Below, piece after piece: positions 32,601 through 39,272 of a stretch of 64,000 nucleotides of DNA. The number at the start of each line of letters is the position of its first letter. The first letter of the stretch is position 1. The stretch is from Kofleriaceae bacterium (GTDB taxonomy: Bacteria > Myxococcota_A > Polyangia > Haliangiales > Haliangiaceae): assembly GCA_039922635.1 (NCBI GenBank), contig JBDTEH010000241.1, positions 7,672 through 71,671 on the forward strand. The letters run 5' to 3'. A program made the position numbers and the translations under genes. A model generated the notes under the pieces. The model made no database searches. It was given only the letters and a program-made list of their open reading frames with translations, and had not been told where the DNA came from.

Positions 32601-32954
32601 GACGAGCAGGCGGACGAACGTGTCGCGGTCGGCATCGCGCAACCGGGTCAACACGCGGCGGCCGAGCTCGCGGCGCTCGGCGCCCGCGGGCACGGCTTGG
32701 CCGAGCTCGAACATCGCGACCGCGGCGGCGGCCGGCGAGAGCCAGTCGAGATCGCCGAGCACGCCGTCGCTCAACATCGCGCGCACCGCGAGCAGCAGCT
32801 GATTCGCGTCGAGGCCTTCGAGCGGCGCGGGTTCGCGCTCCGCGATCTGCGCGAGTATCGCGAGTCCCTGACGCGCGGCCCGCCTCCGCTCGTCGAGATC
32901 GGCGAGCAGGTGCAAGCTGGCGAAGGCAGCTAGGTGCTGCCGACTGCTCCCCAT
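29679..32954 (-). CDS. Large Ser/Thr kinase-like protein: about 750-aa alpha-helical N-terminal region plus C-terminal non-RD kinase domain
   Basis: C-terminal kinase motifs: GRGAGGSVLLA, VALKVP, HLDIKPPNVVL (Leu in place of the RD Arg), DFGLAG. The N-terminal 750 aa are Ala/Leu/Arg/Glu-rich with no motif I recognise. It lies 9 nt downstream of phoD. Confidence 0.85.
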   Translation of the reverse strand: MGSSRQHLAAFASLHLLADLDERRRAARQGLAILAQIAEREPAPLEGLDANQLLLAVRAMLSDGVLGDLDWLSPAAAAVAMFELGQAVPAGAERRELGRRVLTRLRDADRDTFVRLLVALARSSPKVVASEGLRARLEVVLSAPLTAPGPVRRGRDPHPASGSIGELALGLLAQPSLAHSWVEVPATGSLPSRRLAGRILAHGAREALRRLDGGDRGGVQVLGRPGVRAALRRLLRDREALVWRFASIARGMLAHVDSELADDIDRELRNTATNTEVRRASASAGAALERGGQAQRWAPILVERAAKEPGVARGTILGLAGLAVTAPESADELATALVQRQPLEAAEAIAELRREEGVELLHGATAAALAWTRAQAATAAGDDSRAALLQALERELGGSPTEVDGIGIPIAAARAALDAGDTITALREARMAVAEITEAADWLAQATDDDPLDRRHSMRLLRELDRELLADNALPAVLALAGEHDPVRAQFSAALAAIEAALLAREAKPESGGVEHGGLRIARLRALVRLLDGVRAAGDNDLGPRLAVVRQLMARAEADQSSLRRAVWAALTRAGDALVRDGHAELTDFLLSWTTVFPDEDFAIVREASMVPEIEAAFAAYARLQEATWAAADPDDTDAIRTAIERLAELADALPPEQSPRVESVRLALARLGSQLGRLVAVSNLTAIPGGTLDAIATELGTLSRRVFGARQRLGLAGDDHGDAVELAVRTIELGLAGHAKDGPRLDEAVATAIEHARAALPPAIAGVLERVLVWLAQRPHVESETTTTIPLEVLLPSWVPLSRLLGGFYVVRPIGRGAGGSVLLAVRAEQRGRSDRELVALKVPDYSAEAARNLSEQEFERLFREEAGALLALPAHANLARFVTFDASAQPKPVLVMEFVRGANLERTLEAGDLTLPRAFAIIDDLLAGLEAMHAVQIAHLDIKPPNVVLRESTRNAVLVDFGLAGRRIRAGCGSVHYGAAEVWSEGGERFDPSHADVYASGCVAYEVLTGSVLFGGDTVKEVLDQHFTKQPGADRLAKLARDRRLAPLAELLRATLAREPARRPSAARLRAGFKAIAHDLTSLAWPVVP

Positions 32955-32963
32955 CGCGATATT

Positions 32964-34241
32964 TTACATCGGCGCGAGCTGGGCCGAAGAGAACGTCTCC
33001 TTATAGAAGACGTCCCCACCGGGACCTACACCGCGGATCGTCAGGGTTTCGGCCGTGATGTCGAGGACGCCGAAGTTGAAGCGGAGGTCGCGAAATAGCA
33101 CGCCGGGGCCGGTCGGGCCGGGCGTGCCGAGGCCGCGGCGGAGCGGGCCGACCTGGAACTCGCGCAGGCCGAACGAGTGGCGATACGCCGCGAAGTAGTG
33201 CTGGTCGCCCGACAGGAACAGCACGCCCGGCGTCGCCATCGCCTGGATCGCCGCGAGCAGCTCCTCGCGCTCGGTCGTGTAGCCGGCCCAGTGATCGTCG
33301 CCCACGCCGTAGTCGAGCGGCACGCTCGTGAACACGAGCTTGAACGGCGCCGTCGACCGCGCGAGCGCGGCGAGGAACCACGCCTTCTGGGTCGCCCCGA
33401 GCATGGTCTTGGTCGCGTCGTCGGGTGCGGCGTTCGCGCTGCGGAACCGCCGGCAGTCGAGCACGAAGCACTCGACGTTCGCGCCCCACCGGAAGTTGCG
33501 ATAGCGGACCTCGTCGGCAGGCGCGGGCGGGGTCGCCTGGAGCGGAAAGAACTCGTCCCACACCTGCATCGCGGCGGCATAGCGGTCCGGCTCCGCGGCG
33601 ACCCGCGAGGCATCCCAGTCGTTGCGAAACTCGTGGTCGTCGTAGATCGCGCACAGCCCGATCGCCTCGAGCCACGGGCGGAGGTAGGGCGCGGTGCGGA
33701 GCAGGCCATGGCGCTGGCGGTACTCGTCGACGGTGAGCGCGACCGGGCCGTCGTCGGTATACGGTACGTCGCCGATCGTGAAGAACACGTCCGGATCGGC
33801 GGCGATGATCTGATCGAAGATGTCGCTGTCGAACGCGGGCTGGGGATCGAGATCCGCGGACACCGCGATCCGCACCGCGCGCGGATCGTCGTCCGCCGGC
33901 GAGGTGCGCACGGCGTGCTGCATCCGCGTGCCGTCATCGGTCAGCAGCGAGACCGTGTATTGCGTACCCGGAGCGAGGTCGGTCGCGAGCACCCGCGCCT
34001 GCTGTGCGATCACCGGCGCCAGCACGGACTGCACGACGCCGAGCGCGTCGCTGATCTCGACCGTCACGTTGCGTGCGCCCGTGGACCACAGCGACACGAC
34101 GAACGAGTCGCTGCGCGCCTCGAAGATCGCGCTGCCGATCGAGTCGTTCGGTGGCTTCGAGGCCAGGTTGTCACCGCAGCTCGCCCACAGCGCCGTGGCG
34201 CCCGCGAGGCGCAACAGATCGCGACGACTGGGCTCGGTCAC
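32964..34241 (-). CDS. phoD: PhoD-family alkaline phosphatase/phosphodiesterase with Tat signal
   Basis: Tat-like signal SRRDLLRLAGATALWASC. Metallophosphatase motifs: FFTIGDVPYTDD, IYDDHEFRNDW, FLSGDQH. Confidence 0.88.
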   Translation of the reverse strand: MTEPSRRDLLRLAGATALWASCGDNLASKPPNDSIGSAIFEARSDSFVVSLWSTGARNVTVEISDALGVVQSVLAPVIAQQARVLATDLAPGTQYTVSLLTDDGTRMQHAVRTSPADDDPRAVRIAVSADLDPQPAFDSDIFDQIIAADPDVFFTIGDVPYTDDGPVALTVDEYRQRHGLLRTAPYLRPWLEAIGLCAIYDDHEFRNDWDASRVAAEPDRYAAAMQVWDEFFPLQATPPAPADEVRYRNFRWGANVECFVLDCRRFRSANAAPDDATKTMLGATQKAWFLAALARSTAPFKLVFTSVPLDYGVGDDHWAGYTTEREELLAAIQAMATPGVLFLSGDQHYFAAYRHSFGLREFQVGPLRRGLGTPGPTGPGVLFRDLRFNFGVLDITAETLTIRGVGPGGDVFYKETFSSAQLAPM

Positions 34242-34260
34242 GCCGTGATATTACCCGCTC

Positions 34261-34977
34261 GTGAAGATCGAACGACTCGAGATCGCCGGCCTCACCACCC
34301 GGATCGTGGGGCCAGCCCCGGGGCACGACGACGCGAAGCTCACCGTGATCCTGCTCCACGGGTTCGGTGCACCGGGCGACGACCTCGTCGATCTCGCGCG
34401 GTACCTCGAGGTCCCCGCGCGGTTCGTGTTCCCCGAGGCGCCGCTGCCGCTCGGCGGCATGTACGGCGACGCGCGCGCGTGGTGGCTGCTCGATCTCGCG
34501 CGGCTCGAGGCCGAGCTGCACAGCGGCGACCCGCACGATCGCAGCGCCGAGCTGCCCGAGGGCCTGGCGGAGGCGCGCGCGCAGGTGTCGCGGTTCGTCG
34601 ATCAAATCGCCGCGCGGTTCGCGACCACCACCGAGCACATCGTGCTCGGCGGGTTCTCGCAGGGCGCGATGGTCGCGCTCGATGTCGCGCTCCACCGGAC
34701 CGACCGGCTCGCCGGCGTCGTGCTGATGTCGGGCACGTTGATCGCGGAGTCCGAGTGGAGTCCCCGGATGGCGCAGCTCGCGGGCACGCCGGTGTTTCAG
34801 TCGCACGGCCGTACCGACGCGCTGTTGCCGTTCGCGGTCGCCGAGACGCTGCGCGACAAGCTGCGTGGCGCCGGCGCGCTCGTCGAGTGGCAGCCGTTTG
34901 CCGGCGGCCACGAGCTTCCACCCGGCGTGCTCGCCGAGCTCGCGACGTTCCTGCGCGCTAGAACTGCTGCTGGATGA
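34261..34977 (+). CDS. Alpha/beta hydrolase, phospholipase/carboxylesterase family
   Basis: LLHGFGAPGDDL, nucleophile elbow GGFSQGAMVAL, and C-terminal ...GGHELP. GTG start. The 3' end overlaps the convergent gene by 20 nt. Confidence 0.85.
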   Translation: MKIERLEIAGLTTRIVGPAPGHDDAKLTVILLHGFGAPGDDLVDLARYLEVPARFVFPEAPLPLGGMYGDARAWWLLDLARLEAELHSGDPHDRSAELPEGLAEARAQVSRFVDQIAARFATTTEHIVLGGFSQGAMVALDVALHRTDRLAGVVLMSGTLIAESEWSPRMAQLAGTPVFQSHGRTDALLPFAVAETLRDKLRGAGALVEWQPFAGGHELPPGVLAELATFLRARTAAG

Positions 34978-36001
34978 GGCTACACACGCTGTCGCCGGGG
35001 CAGCACGCGTCGTAGCCGTTCACGCCGCCGGTCTGATTGGTGTGGATGCACACCCGCGAGCCTTGCGACGGCCAGTAGTACGCCCAGAAGAAGCACATCT
35101 CGTCGTTCGCCGACTCGCCGAACTTGATGTCGGCGGCCGTGTTGTTGACGTCCCACTTGCACGTGAAGTCGAAGCCACCGCCCTTGGGAACGCTGAAATC
35201 GGGATTCTGCAGCTGCGTGACCGGCTCGGACCACACGAATGGATCGGGTGAATAGACCGGCGTCATGGTCCCGGTCCTCGACGGCGCGACGTTGACCTGG
35301 ACGTCGAGCCCGAGCTTGTGTTCGTGACCGGTGATCGCGAACACGTGGGAGGTCGAGAGGTCGAAGGCGTCGGGCAGCGTGAGGAACTGGTGCAACATGA
35401 AACCCGACCCCTTCGGGATCGTGATGTCGGGCGAGCCCGCGAACAGGATGCCGGCCTCGTCGTGGATCGTCGCGGGATCGGCGGCGAACAGGTCGACCGT
35501 CGCGGTCGCCATCTGTTCGGAGTCCGTGGTGTTGATGTAGTGCAACTCGAGCTTCACCATCTGGTGGGCGGCGAACGTATAGGCGACACCGTCGGGCAGC
35601 GTGATCTCGTCGTCGTGCTTTTGCGTGATCGCGAGCGGCTCGATCGATCCCGAGGCGTTGAGCGCGCCCGAGAACGCCGTGCAATTCGTCGTGGTCGGGG
35701 TCAGCTGCTCCGTCGTATCGGAGTCATCCTTGTAGAAGATCAGGTGGTGTGACGTCGTACCCAGCGTGTTGTGCATCTGATGCACCTTGATCGGGACGTC
35801 GTTCGCCAGCCGTATCCAGACGCACTGCGTGCTCTCCTCGCCCGCGGCGACCGGCACCGGGCCCCAGGTCACCGAATACTCGTCGCCCGACAGCGCGGGC
35901 GCGTCGGCGAAGTTCTTGGCATCGGCGGTCGCGTCATCGCTCTTGTGGCAACCCGTGACGAGCGACGAACACAGCACGCAAGCGAGTACAAAACGGCGCA
36001 T
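34958..36001 (-). CDS. Lipoprotein resembling copper type II ascorbate-dependent monooxygenases (PHM/DBH-like two-domain fold)
   Basis: ATG 36001 with signal and lipobox MRRFVLACVLCSSLVTGC. Candidate Cu ligands are H85-H86 (SHHLIFY), H154 (ELHYIN), H226-x-H228 (GHEHKLG) and M302 (NDEMCFFW). The spacings of 68, 72 and 74 aa mirror the PHM HH...H...HxH...M arrangement. The C-terminus is Cys-rich. Confidence 0.6.
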   Translation of the reverse strand: MRRFVLACVLCSSLVTGCHKSDDATADAKNFADAPALSGDEYSVTWGPVPVAAGEESTQCVWIRLANDVPIKVHQMHNTLGTTSHHLIFYKDDSDTTEQLTPTTTNCTAFSGALNASGSIEPLAITQKHDDEITLPDGVAYTFAAHQMVKLELHYINTTDSEQMATATVDLFAADPATIHDEAGILFAGSPDITIPKGSGFMLHQFLTLPDAFDLSTSHVFAITGHEHKLGLDVQVNVAPSRTGTMTPVYSPDPFVWSEPVTQLQNPDFSVPKGGGFDFTCKWDVNNTAADIKFGESANDEMCFFWAYYWPSQGSRVCIHTNQTGGVNGYDACCPGDSVCSLIQQQF

Positions 36002-36131
36002 GGAGCCTCCCTCGGCGCGCACTGTACCTATCCTGGCAAAGTCGAACAACTCATCATTTACGGGCGGATCGTGGCCTCCCTCACAGACGCGGACCGCGCC
36101 GGTTCGCCACCATGAAGCTGTGGTGCGCGGC

Positions 36132-36611
36132 ATGGTCTTCGCGGTCCTCGTCGGGATTGCTGGTGCGGCGTTCGCGGATCGAGCCGCTGCGCCGGCGCTC
36201 GTGGCACCCGGCGACGACACGTTGCTTACACTCGACCACACGTGGCCCGCGCTGCCCGACGATCACTCCGAGTCGATGGAGGACCGGATCACCGACCACC
36301 TCACCGACTGGGGCAATCACGTCGGCGGCGAGGTCGATGCGTGGTCCCACCACTTCGCGAAGCTCCACGTCGACGGCCGCAACCGTCGCGCCAAGCTTCA
36401 CCTCGGCGGCGGCAACGAGCACCTCGCGGTCAACTTCGACAGCAGCTGGCTGTTCGCCGACGGCAAGGCCTACGCGAAGGTCCACCTCGAGCTCGCGCTA
36501 CAGGGGCATCGCTTCGAGCTCGAGCTCCCGGACATGGACCTCAGCCATGACAGCTATCACGGCGAGGGCCTGATGCAGGTCAACGTTTCGGTGCTCGAGC
36601 GCCGGTTCTAG
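36132..36611 (+). CDS. Hypothetical secreted His/Asp-rich protein
   Basis: ATG 36132 with signal-like MVFAVLVGIAGAAFA. There are many His residues (DHTW, DDHSES, TDHLTDWGNH, WSHHFAKLH, SHDSYH). It is divergent from the PHM-like gene across a 130-bp spacer. I recognise no family. Confidence 0.5.
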   Translation: MVFAVLVGIAGAAFADRAAAPALVAPGDDTLLTLDHTWPALPDDHSESMEDRITDHLTDWGNHVGGEVDAWSHHFAKLHVDGRNRRAKLHLGGGNEHLAVNFDSSWLFADGKAYAKVHLELALQGHRFELELPDMDLSHDSYHGEGLMQVNVSVLERRF

Positions 36612-36870
36612 GGCGGCCGTACGGCCGGCCCGGTTCGCGGGCCTGGTAGACCGCGGGCTTGAATAGCCGGCCGACATCGACGGCGAGGGCGTCGGCGACC
36701 GCCAGCAAGATCCCGGCACGCGGGTTGGCCTGTGGCGACTCGAGCGTCTGGACGTAGCGGGTGGCGAGGCTGGCCGCCTCGGCGAGCTGCTCCTGGGTCC
36801 AGCCCCGGCGCTCGCGCAGCTGGCGGATATTCGCGGCGAGCCACTTGAGGCGATCCGGCGCACGGGACAT
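36580..36870 (-). CDS. XRE-family helix-turn-helix transcriptional regulator
   Basis: LAANIRQLRERRGWTQEQLAEAASLATRYVQTLESPQANPRAGILLAVADALAVDVGRLF is a classic HTH_XRE (Cro/C1) pattern. The 3' end overlaps the convergent gene by 32 nt. Confidence 0.8.
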   Translation of the reverse strand: MSRAPDRLKWLAANIRQLRERRGWTQEQLAEAASLATRYVQTLESPQANPRAGILLAVADALAVDVGRLFKPAVYQAREPGRPYGRPRTGARAPKR

Positions 36871-36945
36871 TCCCGGTCGCGTAGCCCGTGCGCGGAGCGC
36901 TAAACACGATGGCTCCTTCGTGTTAGCCGGGTCGACGCCGGGGGC

Positions 36946-37167
36946 TCAAGCGCGAGGCATCGGTTTCACGCGCATCGACTTCTCGATCAAGTCCAGGAAC
37001 TCCCAGCCATGGACGAGGCTCGCGATGGCACAGATGAACCAGATCGACTTCACCGGATCTTCGGCGATGAGGTTGGTGGCCCACGCCGCGAGCGAGAACG
37101 GATCGGGCGCGTCGAGATCGATCATGCGTACGGTATCGGACCAGCTTCGCTGCGGATGCGTCGCCAC
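36946..37167 (-). CDS. Small hypothetical protein (59-73 aa) with one hydrophobic segment
   Basis: It lies in a locally lower-GC stretch. My manual count of third codon positions in this frame gives about 81% G+C (60 of 74), which supports coding. Sequence: MIDLDAPDPFSLAAWATNLIAEDPVKSIWFICAIASLVHGWEFLDLIEK. I see no recognisable family. The start is either 37167 or the internal ATG at 37125. Confidence 0.45.
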   Translation of the reverse strand: MATHPQRSWSDTVRMIDLDAPDPFSLAAWATNLIAEDPVKSIWFICAIASLVHGWEFLDLIEKSMRVKPMPRA

Positions 37168-37214
37168 GACCGCGATCTCTCAAATACGCTTGATCGCTCG
37201 TGTTGCGCGACCGG

Positions 37215-37823
37215 CTAGCGCCCGAGCAACGGTGACGGTGGCGTGCCGAGCGGCCAGTCGGTGTCGCCGACGCGCTTGAGGTTCATCTCGAAGATCTGCT
37301 TGGGCGTGCCGCCCTCGGCGATGAATTCGCCGACCTCGCGCCAGGTCGTCGGCGTGAGGGTCGCGGTGAACCGGGTCACGGCGTGCGGACCGGCCGGGAC
37401 TTCCCACACGTAGCCGGTGCCGGTGAGCTTCAGCTCGAACGTGCCGGCATAGCCCTGCGCGTAGGAGCGTAGCTCGTAGTTCTTTGCCTGCAGATCGTAG
37501 GACGCGACCGCGAGCGCGTTGAACCCGGTCGTGTTGTCGTCGCGATAGCCGCGCCCCTCGATCACGACGACATCGCCGCCGAGCATCGGCCCCATCCGCT
37601 CGATCTGGGTGACCTTGTAGGGCTTGCCATCGCGCTCGACGCCGGTCGCGGTGCCTGCCCAGATCCCGCGCATGAAGTCGAGCTGGTGCATCGGCGCGAC
37701 GAGCGCCTCGGTCGGCTTGACCGGTGGCAACGCCGCGGCGGCAGGGGGTGCTGGCACGGCTGGCGCCGGGGTGGCTGCCGGCGCGCTCGCGCACGCGGCG
37801 AGGAACAAGATCAGGATGCGCAT
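37215..37823 (-). CDS. Secreted lipoprotein, possibly DUF1579/lipocalin-like
   Basis: Signal and lipobox MRILILFLAAC. The body is beta-rich (FMRGIWAGTATGVERDGKPYKVTQIERMGPMLGGDVVVIEGRGY...). The family assignment is only by recollection of DUF1579-type sequences. Confidence 0.55.
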   Translation of the reverse strand: MRILILFLAACASAPAATPAPAVPAPPAAAALPPVKPTEALVAPMHQLDFMRGIWAGTATGVERDGKPYKVTQIERMGPMLGGDVVVIEGRGYRDDNTTGFNALAVASYDLQAKNYELRSYAQGYAGTFELKLTGTGYVWEVPAGPHAVTRFTATLTPTTWREVGEFIAEGGTPKQIFEMNLKRVGDTDWPLGTPPSPLLGR

Positions 37824-37844
37824 GGGATGGAGTCTACGACTAGT

Positions 37845-39146
37845 TCAGCGCCAGCCGCCCTCGACATAGACCCACGCGCCGCCGTTGTTCTGCCAGCGGC
37901 CTTCTTCCCAGTGCTTCGCGGCGCGCTCGCGCTCCCAGTGACCGTTGGTCCACTGGTAGGAGCCGTTCGTCCAACCCCAGTGACCGCGCGCCCACACGAA
38001 GCCGGCCTTCGCGCCCGGATTCTCGGCTTGCGGCGGCGGGGGCGCCGGCTGCGAGCCGAAGCTGACGCCGACGTGCACGCCACCGGACGTCACGGGTGGT
38101 GCAGGCGGCGGCGGCGGTGCCGCGCCCGTGCCCCACGAGCCGTCGACCCAGAACCACTGGCCACCGCGCGCCTCCCAGCGACCCTCGTTCCAGCGCTGAT
38201 TCGCACGCTCGCGCTCGTAGTGGCCGGCGACCCACTCGTAGTTTCCGTTGCGCCAGTCCCAGCGACCGTGCACCCAGACAAAGCCGGCGCGCGGCGCGAA
38301 CCGCTCCTCGCGCAGCGGCGGCGGTGCCCCCTGAACGATCGGTGCGTCATCGACCCAGTCGCCGTTGGACATCACCCACCGACCGTCGCGGTTCTCCCAC
38401 TTCGACTCGCGCCAGCGCTTGCCGCGACGCTCGCGGTCCCAGTGACCCGGCACCCAGCGCCAGTCACCGTTACGCCAGTCCCAGCGCCCGCGCACGAACA
38501 CGAACCCGCGCCGCGGTGCGAAGCTCTCCTCGCGCGGCGGCGGAGGGGCGGCGCTCGGAGCGAGCGGCGCGTCGATCCAGCCGCCGTCGACGAACACCCA
38601 CTGCCCGCCGCGGTTCTCCCAGGTCGCGTCACGCCAGCGCTTGTTCGTGCGCTCGCGCTCGTAGTGACCCGGCGTCCACGCCCAATCCCCGTTGCGCCAA
38701 TCCCAGCGGCCGCGGATCCACACGAACCCGTTGCGCGCGTTCCACTTCTCTTCCCGGATCGGAGGCGGCGCGGCGCTCGGCGCGTTCGGCGCGTCCATCC
38801 ACGTGCCCTCGACGAGCACCCATTGCCCGCCGCGGTTCTCCCACCTGGGCTCGCGCCAGCGCTTGCCGGCGCGCTCGCGCTCCCAGTGCCCATTGCGCCA
38901 ATCCCAGCGGCCGTTGTTCCAGTCCCAGCGGCCGGACTGCCAGGTGAACCCGGCGCGCGCGCGCAAGCGCTCGGGCTCGTCACGCGCCGCCGGCGGCGCC
39001 GAGCGCGGACCGGCCGAGACGTGGACGCCACCCGAGACGGTCACGCCGCCACCGCGGTGATCGCGCTCCACGGGTTGGGCGAAGCCAGGGGCGGCGAGAC
39101 CGAGCACGGTCGCGCCGACGAGCCATCGAGATAGTCGAGATCGCAT
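37845..39146 (-). CDS. Secreted WXXGXW (YXWGXW) repeat protein, 5 long repeats
   Basis: ATG 39146 with signal MRSRLSRWLVGATVLGLAAPGFA. There are five units of about 70 aa of the type GFVWxxGRWDWRNGxWxWxxGHxERERxxKRWxxxxWExRGGQWVxVDGxW, separated by Pro-rich linkers (APSAAPPPP). Confidence 0.8.
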   Translation of the reverse strand: MRSRLSRWLVGATVLGLAAPGFAQPVERDHRGGGVTVSGGVHVSAGPRSAPPAARDEPERLRARAGFTWQSGRWDWNNGRWDWRNGHWERERAGKRWREPRWENRGGQWVLVEGTWMDAPNAPSAAPPPIREEKWNARNGFVWIRGRWDWRNGDWAWTPGHYERERTNKRWRDATWENRGGQWVFVDGGWIDAPLAPSAAPPPPREESFAPRRGFVFVRGRWDWRNGDWRWVPGHWDRERRGKRWRESKWENRDGRWVMSNGDWVDDAPIVQGAPPPLREERFAPRAGFVWVHGRWDWRNGNYEWVAGHYERERANQRWNEGRWEARGGQWFWVDGSWGTGAAPPPPPAPPVTSGGVHVGVSFGSQPAPPPPQAENPGAKAGFVWARGHWGWTNGSYQWTNGHWERERAAKHWEEGRWQNNGGAWVYVEGGWR

Positions 39147-39272
39147 GCGTCCTCCTAAAGCGGCCATTCGACGCAATTTATCGCGATCTATTCATCATGG
39201 ACAAATCGCCGCGCCCCGAAGTTCGGACGTGGTTCCGTGCGGTTATCGAACTGATCGCGTAGAGTCCCGGCC

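Noticed and set aside
37686-39134. 482-aa plus-strand ORF antisense to the WXXGXW-repeat gene
   Set aside because: The Pro/Arg/Ala-rich periodicity is simply the complement of the Trp/Arg/Gly repeats. The minus-strand frame has a signal peptide and a coherent repeat motif.
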